A stretch of DNA of 64,000 nucleotides from Octopus sinensis (GCF_006345805.1 NC_043008.1:43896001-43960000); one strand, 5' to 3'. Positions 13,065 to 25,760 are shown, counted from the stretch's first letter. Made by a program: numbers and translations. Notes: generated by a model from the sequence alone, not told the origin.

Positions 13065-13385
13065 ATATATATATATATCCTTAAATCCTTAAAAATGTTT
13101 TAGCCCGAAGGCCGCGGCCATGCTGGGGCACCACCGTGTGTGTGTGTGTGTGTGTGTGTACGTATGTGTTTGTTGTTTGTGTCTCTGTTTGTCCCCCCAC
13201 TCTATCGCTTGACAACCGATGCTGGTGTGTCTACGTTCCGTCACTTAGCGGTTCGGCTAAAAGAATCCGATAGAATAAGTACTAGGCTTACTAAGAATAC
13301 ATTTTGGGGTCGATTTTATTCGACTAAAAATGGTGCTCTATCATGACTGCAGCCAAATGACTGAAACAAGTAAAACAGTAAAGAG
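12849..13385 (+). mobile_element. SINE family B, full length, with a nested inverted fragment at 13079-13135
   Basis: Head, CORE-like segment, internal microsatellite and tail are all collinear with other copies. Confidence 0.92.
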
Positions 13386-13970
13386 AGAGAGAGAGAGTAT
13401 AGCTTTTTCTATTTATACATACATATATATATATATATCATATTATGTAGAGTTAAGTCACATTCTATTGAGAATGCGGCAGAGTACAGCTTCAAGCTTG
13501 TCCATCTTCAGATTTCAGCCGGTGCCATGCAGCAGTGGTATTATACATGCGGCCAGATTTGCATTGGGGTTTCTGAAGTGTGTGAATGGATAATTGAATA
13601 TGTTGGAGTCAACAAGGAGTGTAGAAGGACATTTATTTGTAATCACTACAATTGTTTTCACGCAGCCGTGTTCTCCGAGTTCGCAGGTATCTCGTTATGT
13701 AACCGTTTCCCTGCATAATGGGATCTAGTTGCGTTTCCTCAGGTGATATATAGAAATGTTTTCTGCAAACTCAAATTCTCGGTTTCAAACGCATCCTTTC
13801 TGTCTGTCTTCGCTTGTGAGGTAGTAGTAAGCATTCATTCACTGTATCAAAAATTGCGTCGTGGTTGACAGTCTGTTGATAAACGGCTTTAAATGTATAA
13901 ATAGAGTTAGGGTGGTGGCTATACTATGTATGGTGAATACTGAGGTTAATATTTGATATGAACTTAAACT

Positions 13971-14032
<62 letters not shown>

Positions 14033-14327
14033 CAATTTATAAGGAAAGATCTAGAGAAACAGTTACAAGGTAGCTAAGATGTCACATAATCGCCTAAGAA
14101 GCTAGTAATCATACTTGCGTGGGTGATAACTCCGAGGAGAAGTGAGACTTGTTTTGGACAACATAAGAGTAATGGAAAATAGACACAAACACACATGATG
14201 CTATTTAAATAACTTGTATCACGATACCACCGACACATGTTTCGATTGATGCTTTAAATTAAATGCGAGAGGAAGAAGAATATGGAGAAATGTATCAATC
14301 AAAACTAATATCGGTGCTATGGTGATA

Positions 14328-14560
14328 TAATTATAACAAGGGATTGGCTATAAGCCTCTCCACTCGCTGGAAAAATAGACGCCAAAAATAAACGCTATTA
14401 CAACCTTAAAATCTCCGACAATGACACACTGGGTTGTTTTGTTCGTCTACAACCGAGTGCGTTTATTCTCGGAGGATTTTAAGGTTGTAATAGCGTCTAT
14501 TTTTGGCGTCTATTTTTCCAGCGCGTGGTGGGGCTCATAGCCAATCTCTTGTTATAATTA
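14328..14560. mobile_element. Foldback/MITE-like element with about 90-bp inverted arms
   Basis: 14328-14418 is the reverse complement of 14469-14560 with few mismatches; TA at both ends; duplicated AAAAATAGACGC-type subterminal motif. Confidence 0.85.
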
Positions 14561-14654
14561 GTTATATAAATGTTACAATATTTTTAATATTTACCTATAA
14601 GGTTTTTAATTCCGTGCTGACCCCCACCCCCTGGTAAAATCATTAATGACTTTT

Positions 14655-14760
14655 ATGAAATCCACTCGCAAGGCATTGGTCAGCCTGAGGCTATTGCAGA
14701 AATTGTTTACACAAAACAACACGCAGTGGGACTAAAACCGCAGCCATGTGGTTGTAAAAA
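14655..14760 (-). mobile_element. Degenerate SINE family B head
   Basis: AAATCCACTCGCAAGGCATTGGTC...CGCAGTGGGACTAAAACC...CCATGTGGTT matches the reverse family-B head. Confidence 0.7.
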
Positions 14761-15309
14761 AATTTCTGATAATCTGCAGAAGTTACAGAGAGTCTCAAGT
14801 TACAAAGATTCGTATGGTTGATAAAGGACCGCGCAGGGAACTCTCGGCTCTCGGGTCATTCTAGAAATTCTGCTGAATATTTGTAAAGCACATGTATATG
14901 CCATACATACACACGTATCTTTTGTGCTCTATTCTCCACTTAGCATCTCGGAACCTATAGATTTTATTTATTTTTTAATTTTATATTTAAATTTTTTTTA
15001 AATTTATATTTTTAAGTTTTTAATTTTATATTTTCATTTTTCTAAAAATTTATATTTTTAATTTTTTAATTCTTCGTTTTCACATTATTCAGTTTTTATT
15101 CATCTCACACACACACACACACACACCAATATACATAGCATGAAGCCCCGCCACGGGAATATACAAACACAGCACACACACATACAGAAACTCTCAGACC
15201 TGCTAAATATTAATAAATATATATATATACACTCATATTTTGAGTTCTATTTGTCTTAATTGCATCAACATACCTTTTTATATATATACATACACACACA
15301 TATATATAT

Positions 15310-15345
<36 letters not shown>

Positions 15346-15819
15346 TCTTCTATATATCTATCTAACTATCTATCCTCCCCTCTCCCTGTTTATATATATA
15401 TATCAATTGAAAATTGGTTAAAGTAATTTCCGCATATGTATTTCTTTTGAAAATGGGTGAAGATACATAATTATTTTAAAACAATTGTAATCTTTGTAGA
15501 ATAATTAAAAGATAAAATACTTGTGATGTTTCTCATGTAGCTGTATTAAATGCTGTTATCTTAGATTCTAAACACTGTAGCACATCCTTAGAGCTTATCA
15601 AAAGCAAAGGAGAATGTAGCTTCAGTAGTGGAAATATACAGAGGTGAAATTGTTGAAATTTGTTAAGAAACTAGGGTATCACATTGACCTGATACGTAAG
15701 AAGATTTAATGAAGGGAATTGAAGTATTGTAGCTGTTTTTTCTCTTACGAAAATTTCTATGAAGATTACAACTATTGCTTTAACGATATAGGAAAACTTT
15801 AACGATATAGGAAAACATT

Positions 15820-16250
15820 TTTGTCCAATGAAACAATCCAGCAAAGCTACACAAAGCTTTACTTATTCAATGCGAAATGTCAGCTATTAGGAAAGTCGGG
15901 AAAGATATGCAGGGATATACATGTGAAAAATCCTAGAAGAACTTGTACGAAAGTTTGGAATACCAAATATCTTAACATGGCTATCAAAATACAGGAGCAG
16001 ATACTGCAACAGCTTGGGCTTCAAGGGACCACAACTCTTCGATATTTTCTAAAAACTGCCGAGAGACCTGCATGGGTGGATTTAGGTGTCTTCAAAACAA
16101 AACTGGATCTCTTTCCGTCAAGTTTCCCGGGTGAGTCTTCTTGGACGAAGAGAGAAACATCAAAACTTCCATTCACCAAATACCACATATCACAGGAGGT
16201 TTCAAGTAGTGAACGTGTAGCAAAGCTAGCGTCGATGCCCCAGTATGACT
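15820..16250 (+). mobile_element. 3' fragment of a CR1/L2-group LINE (C-terminus of the RT ORF), frameshifted
   Basis: Mixed frames give ESRERYAGIYM*KILEELVRKFGI, SRYCNSLGFKGPQLFDIF and GVFKTKLDLF. These match the conserved RRRERY..IY.WKI / GP.LFN.LP / FK..LD tail of CR1/L2-type ORF2. Confidence 0.78.
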
Positions 16251-16554
16251 GTAGCTCTCGACTTAAGACTATTAAAGAATAAGGAAAATATATAAATGTT
16301 GTATAGTGAAATTGTAAACCAGCCCCGGAAAAAAGTTGTAGTTGTCAGCCATTATAAGTAGCCGGTTCACAGAAGAAGATAATCGTGTCTGTGCTGATAT
16401 AGTAATTGTACTGTGATACTGAGTGGATGTTATAATTATAAAACTTTTGAGGATGACAACACTGTATGATTGGGTGCCGTACAGTGCCATATAGAACTCT
16501 CTCTCTCCCTCTCTCTCTCTCTCTCTCCCTCTCTTTATATATATATATATATAG

Positions 16555-16616
<62 letters not shown>

Positions 16617-16830
16617 AAATAAATATAAGAGAGTGGTCACTATAGGCTACTCTAGCACCAGTTAATCCAAAAGGTTTCAACCACAAAAATACTGTTTCCC
16701 ATGAAAGTCAGTACGATTGTTATAATAATCCAGGTTTCTCGGAGCACTAGGCACTTGGATGTTGAATAAGATATACTATAAATTAGATCTAATTCTCTCA
16801 CCCTTATTAATTAATATATATATATATATA

Positions 16831-17855
16831 TCAATATATATAAATGAGAATGTTTGTCTGTCTGTGTGTTTCCCTAAAGCTTGAGAACTCCACAACCAAT
16901 TTCATTCAAATTTTACACATGCCTTACTTAGGGTCCATGTAGTTTCATGGGTAAAAACAATGTTCAACTTCTTGCCTAGAGCGAGCCCATAGCAATAGCA
17001 TATCTTCTCCACTATTTTAGAATTACGTGTTAAAAGTAAAACAAAAACATTTCTCTATTTTATGTCAGATGCTTTCACTTAAACAATAAAAATAATAATA
17101 ACAATTGAATTATATATAGTAAGTAATAATTAAAATCAAACTAAAGTATAATATAATCGTAACATAACAAAAGTAAAAATAGCAATTGGTATAAAATTGC
17201 ATCAATGACTTGAACTTGAATAAGTGGTTTCACATGAATGGGAATAAATTAAAAATAAAATTAGCGTGCAGAAATGGAATAGTCAAGATGGATAATAAAA
17301 AAATTAAATTAAAGAAAAGACTATTGTTTATAAAGTATACAATGTAGAGAAAAAGATTTGAACACCTGGAGGAAAGCACCATCGAAAAGTGTCTTGGTGC
17401 GACTATGAAAGATATCTAACCAGAGGCGGTAAATTCGCCACAATAGAATGAAGGTTCGAGTCAACGCAGCATGCAAGGGAGTACTCGACTCGAACTTGCA
17501 AAATGGAAATATTTTATTTTTACCTTTATATCTGGGACATAGGACGTCCCAGATAAAAATTAAATAAGTCCCCGCCCCCGCAGTAGAGATAGGCTTGATT
17601 GTAGCCACATTTCTATACAAGAGGGAGGACAAGACACAATTGAAATAAGTTGCAACAGACCGGCTTACAATTCCAGTCTGTTATATATTTTGAGTATTGT
17701 TATCACTAGCGATATCAAGATATAACTTTGTATTTTGTATTTTGTGTGTAGATGTATATATATAGATGTACATGTAATATGTACACATATGTATATATAT
17801 ACACATATATACATGCACTAGCACTATGACCCGGCAACGACGGGTCATAATGCTA

Positions 17856-17856
<1 letters not shown>
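16831..17856 (+). mobile_element. Non-autonomous Helitron-like element, about 1.0 kb
   Basis: A|TC 5' end (TCAATATATATAAATGAGAATGTTTGTCTGTCTGTG), 3' hairpin TATGACCCG-GCAACGA-CGGGTCATA, then CTAG|T. Confidence 0.78.
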
Positions 17857-17890
<34 letters not shown>

Positions 17891-17999
17891 AGTGTGTGTG
17901 TGCTAGCGCTTGAAGTATCGTAGCACACGTGTAGAAAAATATAAAGTAAAAAAGCTTCTGACAATGCATAAAGGTTTACAAAAACCTTTATATTACTGG

Positions 18000-18640
18000 C
18001 GCAAGCAGTCCAAGAAATGTCTAGTCACATCAATTTCGTAATTTTATTTAAACTGCTCGGCGTTTGGCTTAGTAGCGGTAACAGTAACTCTCCAAATGCT
18101 GGTTGTTGTGATTAATTTTCACGTGGTGGTGGGCAGATGCAGTTCGTGGAGTATCTTATACTGTTCCGCGATGTCGCGGTAATGTTTTCATAGGAGTCAC
18201 CGGCTAATCTCCAATCGGCTGTTAATTTTCGGGCTGAGGCGGTGGATCAATATAACCTCTTTGATTCGGAGATTTCCAGTGTTCTTTTCCGAGCCCAGTT
18301 TGGAGGCGCCTATCTCTGTAGTGGTTTTGCTGCATTTGGATAGGTTTTGCAGAATAAAAATACGTCACTAGTATACTACGTACGTAAGCACGTGTTAATG
18401 TAGCGAAATAGGACAGCTCGCTAGTGTGCAGGGCTGTCGTTCTGCGCGTGACCACCTCGTTGATAGGTGTTTACGTAGGCATGGTCCTGAATGGACCAGT
18501 ATGATGTCGAGGAATTCTTTTCAGATGGCCTTATAAATGGCGGATGTGGTCTTCACATTAACGTGGAGGGAATCTTCAAGAAGCAGGCCTTAGGTAGATC
18601 CATCTTGTGACGTTTCTTTGGTTTGCGCTTGCGTGGGCGT
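18000..18640 (-). mobile_element. Possible Penelope-like element fragment with a decayed GIY-YIG endonuclease
   Basis: Minus-strand AIYKAI*KEFLDIILVHSGPCLRKHL loosely fits the xIYxIxCxxCxxxYIGxxxxxLRxR motif; interrupted by stops. Confidence 0.3.
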
Positions 18641-19059
18641 GCGTACGTGAGTGTGTTAGTGTGCATAAATAATTAGAAACAAGCCGTGTAATGCAGAGAA
18701 ATCTAATTTAAAATTGTACGGAAATATAGTTTATTGTATTCAGTGTGAAAAGTGTTAAAAGAAATTACTTGTGTCTGAGTAGTTTATAGTAGCTGTTGGG
18801 ATATGTAAAAGGTTTGTAATGCTTTGAAGTCTTAAAAGTTTTATGTTGTCACGAGGAGTTATTTTCCGGCTGTTAATTAAGCATTAGAATATTGGCTTTG
18901 TATGCTGTCAGCTGTACCATTGTTTGAATCCCTATTATTCCCTGAGTATGAAGTTTGGCTTAGCTGTAATCTTTCATCTTAAGTAATATTACTTAACAAT
19001 ATTCATCTTAAGTAATATTGCTTAGCAATAGAGTATTGTATTTAAACATCTTAAATATA

Positions 19060-19455
19060 GACGCAGGAGTGGCTGTGTGGTAAGAAGCTTACTTCCTAGC
19101 CACATGGTTCCGGCTTCAGTCCCACTGTGTGGCCCCTTGGGCACGTTTCTTCTACTATAGCCTCGGGCCGACCAAAGCCTTGTGAGTGGATTTGGTAGAT
19201 GGAAACTGAATGAGGCCCGTCGTATATGTATATATACACACACCATCCTTGGTATTGTTTGTGTGTTTGTGCTTGTCACCCCACCATCGCTTGGCAACCG
19301 ATGTTGGTGTGTTTATGTCCCCGGTTCGGCAAATGTTACCGATAGAATAAGTACTAGGCCTACAAAGATTAAGTATAAGTCCTGGGGTCGATTTGTTCGA
19401 TGAAAGGTGATGCTCCTGCATAGCCTCAGTCAAATGACTGAAACACATAAAAGAA
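19060..19455 (+). mobile_element. SINE family B, full length
   Basis: Collinear with the other family-B copies. Confidence 0.92.
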
Positions 19456-19544
19456 TTTTAATAGATGAGATAGAATCAAACCATGTCAGAATCAGTTTCT
19501 GGTGTGTAAAGATATTAAAGAAATAAATTTGCTTAGAGTTGTTT

Positions 19545-19853
19545 GTAACACTTGTTCCTGAAAAAGATGGTTTACGTCAACAAACCAGAGACCCTGGTGC
19601 AACAGAAAGAGAACATCCATAAAGAAATTTGGGAAATGGGGTCTCAATCTCTTGAGAGTGTTACGATGCAAGTGTTGGAACGAGCACGGGCATGCGAATC
19701 CCAAAATGGCTGCCATTTAAGCGATGTCATTTTTCCTAAGTGATGTAGTGGTGTTGCCAAATACGACTTGTGCATATTGATTTCCAATATGTCCTTTAAA
19801 TTGGATCAAAATTTAAAAATTGAAACCGTCAGTTACTTTTGCGATACCCTGAC
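19545..19853 (+). pseudogene. 3' end of a DUF4817-type Tc1/mariner-superfamily transposon
   Basis: FLKKMVYVNKPETLVQQKENIHKEI...VLERARACESQNGCHLSDVIF fits the FLKsKVYxNKP...C...NGxHLxDxIF C-terminus; TIR-like end GCGATACCCTG. Confidence 0.75.
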
Positions 19854-19863
19854 ATATATATAT

Positions 19864-19927
<64 letters not shown>

Positions 19928-20002
19928 CGTGTGTGTGTGTGTGTGTGCATGTATGTATGTATGTAGTATGCATGTATGTATCTATCTATCTATCTACACA
20001 AC

Positions 20003-20033
<31 letters not shown>

Positions 20034-20215
20034 ATATATATATTTGATTTGAAAACCCCACTGGATTGGAGAAAAGCGCTAATAATCCGAATGATATGAT
20101 CTGAATGATATGATAGTATATGTAAAAATGTAATATATAAATAAATATCTATAAATATGAACCATCCGATCTGATTAGCTCATTTTTTAATATAGTATAT
20201 ATATATATATATATA

Positions 20216-20245
<30 letters not shown>

Positions 20246-20251
<6 letters not shown>

Positions 20252-21816
20252 CCAAAATAGAGACCAAAAATAAGAAATATAGATAATTACAATTCTACTT
20301 CAGTAACGTACATTCATTATTTACAATAAATTTTGTAGGAAGAGATTAATAACTAAATAATTTATAATAGAAAAAAAATAACAACGTTTATTTGAAAAAT
20401 AACACGATGGACAAAATTGGCGAACGTATGACGTAAAATTCAAGAAATCAAAACTTTTCCGGAAATATTTACAATCCACTTCAATATATTGATTAGATGA
20501 GTTCATTCCTTTATTTTCTTGACTTAAATCAATTTCTCACATTCCTCTGACGTAATTATATACAATTCTCCCTGGGGTTTTCCCCCCACAAAATCATAAC
20601 ATTCGCAGGTCTGTGTTCTAGGATCTTATCGCTAAGTATCTTCTATAAATTTGCAATGGGATTAAGGTCAGTTCTCTGAGCTGACCAACGCATTATATTA
20701 AGGCTTTTAGCTTCAAACACCACGTTAACTATTTTAGCACGGATACGGTGTATTATCCTGTATAAAGATTGACTGACGAGTTAGAGATGACCTGATAGCT
20801 GACACGATATATTGCAGAACGATGATTTTGTATAAGGCTGCATTCACATTACCGTGGCTTCGGATCAAAGACCCAACACCTGCTTCAGAAATCATTCCCC
20901 ATACGATAAAAACCCCACCTCCAAACTTCACTGACATCTTCATGCATTCGGGGAGCAATCTTTCAGTTTTACGACATCTCATGTATTGGCTTCGATCAGA
21001 ACCAACCAAATTGAATTTGCTTTCATCACCGAAGAACACACGTGATCAGTTGTCGTCCGTCCAACGCATCTGCTCACTTGCAAAGATTAACCTCGCTTTT
21101 CGGTGCCTCAAACTGTTAAGAAGTTTAGTGGCAGATTAAATGGGCATGACGTCCAATTTTCTTCAAACAACAAGCCACAGTCCTCCGAGACACATTCATT
21201 CCATAATCACGATTTGCTTTGCGAGAAATTCCTGCAGCAGTATCTTAATGGTCTCTTAACGACAGCCTCTGAATCACACAGTCTTGGCAAACACTTGTTT
21301 TCCGTGGTCTTCGTTTTTCTAATGACACAAACCAGCTTCTTTTGTTATCAAGCTTGTGTATTCTTCAAACAACACTCTTTGATCTGTTACTGTCTCTGAC
21401 GATAGAAGAAAATGCCATTCCTTCTTTTTTCAATGTGACTACCCGCTTCTTGAGGCTTTCATAAACTTTACATTCGGTTTTCCATGGTTGTTAATACACT
21501 AATGTCCTATATAAATCTTTGCACATTAGGTGAACTTAATTTACATCGGTTGGAGTGCTGTCAGATTTTAATTTTTTGAATTTTATATCATACGTTCTCT
21601 AATTTTCTCGATCTTGTATTTTTCAAATAAATATTTTTTCTATCATAAATTATTTAGTTATAAATTACTTTCTACAAAATGTATTGTTAATAATGAATAT
21701 ACTTTAATGTATATGCAGTACAAAATCCCATTCAGAAAAATGAAGAAATAGGAATTTAAAGAAATGTAAATATCATTAAATTTCATTTTCATTTCCTAAT
21801 TTTGACTACTACAGTA
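20246..21816 (-). mobile_element. Near full-length (about 1.6 kb) decayed Tc1-like DNA transposon
   Basis: Spans the transposase pseudogene. Boundaries rest on weakly matching degenerate TIRs (TAGTGACCAAAA versus TAGTAGTCAAAA), so the ends are approximate. Confidence 0.6.
20500..21485 (-). pseudogene. Tc1 (DD34E-type) transposase pseudogene
   Basis: HTH region KKRVVTLKKEGMAFSSI...RPRKTS, then VSRRTV and RKARLIFA; catalytic motifs FFGDESKFNLVGSD, VKFGGGVFIVWG, FIQDNTP and WSAQRTDLNPIANL; several stops and frameshifts. Confidence 0.92.
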
Positions 21817-22679
21817 CATACGTCAGCATAATACGTTTAAATGTATACGCACGCACACACATACACACACACTCACGCACATATACACGCACACAAAAGA
21901 CTGCTAAGATACGCCTACATAAATACATGAGTATAAATAAATGCGTGTGTGAATACACCTGTTTGCGTGTATGTATATACACAAAAAGAAACGCGCATAT
22001 GTTGCATGTATGACATCAATCACATGCATTAAAGAGAGAAAAAACATTATTAAATTATAGCAAATATACGAAAAGAATACACAGAAAATATATATAAATA
22101 TATGTATGTATATGCTGGTGTGTGTATGAATGTATACACACGTACACGCATACTTACGTTGTACTTATTCTGTTCATATTTTCATTTTAATTACACAATT
22201 ACACGTGAAATCAAAATTATCAGTTCAAGAACATTAGAAGCATGAAAACAATTTCGTTGTTTAACCAGAAGCTTATTTTACTAATTATTGCATTAATTAA
22301 ACTAGGTAAAACCTCAGTTGGAAGAGAGATTCCAAGTAATGATTTTTAAGTTCACAGCCTCCGCTTTATAATTGCATTCTCTGTTAATGGGTACATTCAA
22401 ATATAAGTGTTTTATTTTTTATATTTATCCTGTGTGAAGCAAAAATTATGAAAATTTGTGTTGAAATTTTGCTCAATTTTCTCTCGTTAGTTTTGTCGAA
22501 TTTAATTAAATTTCAGCTTATTATTATTGTATTCCCACACTGCTTCATAATGTATGTGCACTGTGTACCTAACTTTGTTGGAAATATCCATAAGCACACA
22601 CTAACACCTAATTAAGAATGTTTCTATAGAAAATACTTTTACAAAAATATACATTCACAAATACATGTCAATGTATATC

Positions 22680-22717
22680 TTTCTCTCTCTCTCTATCTAT
22701 CTGTATCTATCTATCTG

Positions 22718-22792
<75 letters not shown>

Positions 22793-22803
22793 ATATATAT
22801 ATA

Positions 22804-22864
<61 letters not shown>

Positions 22865-22881
22865 GTCTATCTATCTATCTG

Positions 22882-22930
<49 letters not shown>

Positions 22931-23115
22931 ATCTATCTATCTGTATCTATCTATCTATCTATCTATCTATTTATATACCTATTATTCTATCTACCTACCT
23001 ACCTACCTACCTACTTAACTATCTATCCATCTCTATATCTATCTCTCTATCTATAGCTATCTACCTATCTACCTACCAAAATACCTACCTACCTTCATAT
23101 ATATCTACCTATCTA
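22680..23115. repeat. (CTAT)n / (CTAC)n tetranucleotide microsatellite
   Basis: Visible tandem repeat; also at 32370-32470 and 47165-47300. Confidence 0.97.
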
Positions 23116-23437
23116 CCCTTATATGATTCCTTCCTAATTTGAAGTGCTTGAAGTTTTTCTGTAAAGGTGTTGGATTTTTAACACGGATACAAATATCCGA
23201 TAATGGAATGTAGATAACAAAAACAAACCCACAAATTTACTTGAAAAACGTCTTGCATATTTTTAACGTTCCACTAATAGATTCTATTTATAACATGTTA
23301 GTTGTATTTGATTTCTTTATATGGATTTCTTTATATGGAAACCATAGCCTATTTAAGTTCTCACGTTACTATTACACACAAAACTAAGCGCACTACACAT
23401 TGTGTGAATGAATATGAATTTATTATGCATAAATGTA

Positions 23438-23689
23438 TACTCTTTTACTGTTTTACTTGTTTCAGTCATTTGACTGCGGCCATGCTGGAGCACCGTATTT
23501 GGTCGAGCAAATCGACCCGAGGACTTATTCTTTGTAGGACTAGTACTTATTCTATCGGTCTGTTTTGCCGAACCGCTAAGTTACGGGGGCGTAAACACAC
23601 CAGCGTCGGTTGTCAAGCGATGTTGGGGGGACAAACATACACACAAATACACACGCACGCACACACACACACTCACACACACACACACA

Positions 23690-23748
<59 letters not shown>

Positions 23749-23922
23749 AACATGTTTACGACGGGCTTTTTTCAGTTTCCGTCTACCAACTCCACTCACA
23801 AGGGTTTGGTCAGCCGGAGGTTATAGTAGAAGACACTTGCCTAAGGTGCTACGCAGTAGGACTGAACCCGGAACCATGTGGTTGGTAAGCAAGCTACTTA
23901 CCACACAGCCACTCCTGCGCCT
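23438..23922 (-). mobile_element. SINE family B, full length
   Basis: Collinear with other copies; expanded internal (CA)n. Confidence 0.93.
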
Positions 23923-24186
23923 ATTTATTCATGTGTGCAGTATAATTGTGAGGTCATTTAACGTGCATTAAAGAGCATAATACAATAATGTAATGCACAG
24001 ATGCATCGCGTCATGGCAACTATATTGAGCTTTATATAAGACACGCCACCCATCATCATCCAAAATTTTAAAGTCTTAATTCATTTAATAACAAAATCAC
24101 ACACATTTTGCTTTTCTTTCGGGCCAAAACTCGTACATGTATGTATGTATATGTGTATGAGCGTGTATGTATGTATGTATGTATGC

Positions 24187-24453
24187 CTCAGTAAAGCTGG
24201 ACTCTAGAGTCATCTTCGTAGTCATAAAGTGAGACAGATGAGTGACAACCTGGCCACTGGGACTTAAACGACATACAAAGTTACATGAAGCACAGTTACA
24301 ACTACAGCCGGCTATTACGGTAAATATTTTAGTTGCCAATTCTGTATAAGACGTTGTGGATCTTTAGCTGTGCTAAAACGTTACATTCGATCACATCACC
24401 AGTAACGGTTAAGCTTCGTGCAATGTCCATACTCGATAACGAGGGGGCAGCCA
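24187..24453 (+). mobile_element. LINE (RTE-like) 3' end encoding decayed tandem C2H2 zinc fingers
   Basis: SKAGL*SHLRSH, then after a frameshift GLKRHTKLH and FSCQFCIRRCGSLAVLKRYIRSH (CxxC-x12-[H>Y]-x3-H); stop at 24403-24405, short UTR, then microsatellite. Confidence 0.6.
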
Positions 24454-24759
24454 TCATATATGTATGTATGTATACGTATATATGTGTGTATGTATGTATG
24501 TATATATACGTATATATGTATACGTATGTATGTATGTATGTATTTAAGTATGTATGTATGCATGTATGTATGCATGTATGTAATGTATGTGTATATGTAT
24601 GCATGTGTGTGTATGTATGTGTATATGTACGTATGTACGTATGTATGTCATTGTTCCGTTTTATTGCAAGATTTTTTGCCAATAAAGAAAGAGCTGGTTT
24701 CTAATATAGATCCAAGGATCCGTCATTGGAATTTCAACATCAACAACAGGCTATTTTTG

Positions 24760-25760
24760 TATGTATGTATGTATGTATGTATGTATGTATGTATGTATGT
24801 ATGTATGTATGTATGTATGTATGCATATATGATTGTATGTATGTATGTATGTATGTATGTATGTACGTATGTATGTATGTACGTATGTATGTATGTATGT
24901 ATGTATGTATGTATGTATGTATGTATGTATGTATGTATGTATGTATGTATGTACGTATGTATGTATGTATGTATGTATGTATGTATGTATGTATGTATGT
25001 ATGTATGTATGTATGTATGTATACGTGGAGATTTGCATGCTTTGTCTTCTCATGCATATACTAGCATAGTTACACATACTCATATATATTTAAATAATAA
25101 CTTCTGGAATGTTTTTTTTCAGATTTTCACAGTTCCAGTGATGGCTTGAATCCGTAATCTTCGAACCAGCTTTCTTCTTTCTGGTTTTGAGAAGCTTAAT
25201 TACTCAAGATTGGTACTTTGGAGTGTGCTACATATGCATGTATGTATGTATGTATGTATGTAGTATGTATGTATGTATTATGTATGTATGTATGTATGTA
25301 TGTATGTACGTATGTATGTATGTACGTATGTATGTATGTATGTATGTATGTATGTATGTATGTATGTATGTACGTATGTATGTATGTATGTATGTATGTA
25401 TGTATGTATGTATGTATGTATGTATGTATGTATGTATGTATGTATGTATGTATGTATGTATGTATGTATACGTGGAGATTTGCATGCTTTGTCTTCTCAT
25501 GCATATACTAGCATAGTTACACATACTCATATATATTTAAATAATAAACTTCTGGAATGTTTTTTTTCAGATTTTCACAGTTCCAGTGATGGCTTGAATC
25601 CGTAATCTTCGAACCAGCTTTCTTCTTTCTGGTTTTGAGAAGCTTAATTACTCAAGATTGGTACTTTGGAGTGTGCTACATATGCATGTATGTATGTATG
25701 TATGTATGTATGTATGATGTATGTATGTATGTATGTATGTATGTATGTATGCATGTATGT
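24760..25760. repeat. Tandem duplication with a 447-bp period: (TATG)n array plus an approximately 215-bp unique core, two copies
   Basis: Cores 25021-25237 and 25468-25685 differ by only one A in a homopolymer. Confidence 0.95.

Noticed and set aside
13445-13900. Coding-like block, possibly an exon or Penelope endonuclease fragment
   Set aside because: All frames either stop or lack recognisable motifs; it needs a profile search
14410-14480. Relic hammerhead in the centre of the 14.3-kb foldback (and similar hints in the 54.3 and 55.3-kb elements)
   Set aside because: Several core nucleotides are missing, so it cannot be distinguished from chance
15821-16282. 153-aa ORF as a host gene
   Set aside because: It is a mosaic of frames through a decayed LINE 3' end
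24671-24758. Possible plus-strand exon (DFLPIKKELVSNIDPRIRHW)
   Set aside because: The acceptor is weak, the donor is just the start of the (TATG)n array, and there is no homology
24760-25760. CRISPR-like repeat/spacer array
   Set aside because: The repeats are microsatellites, the spacers are identical to each other, and the context is eukaryotic with no cas genes
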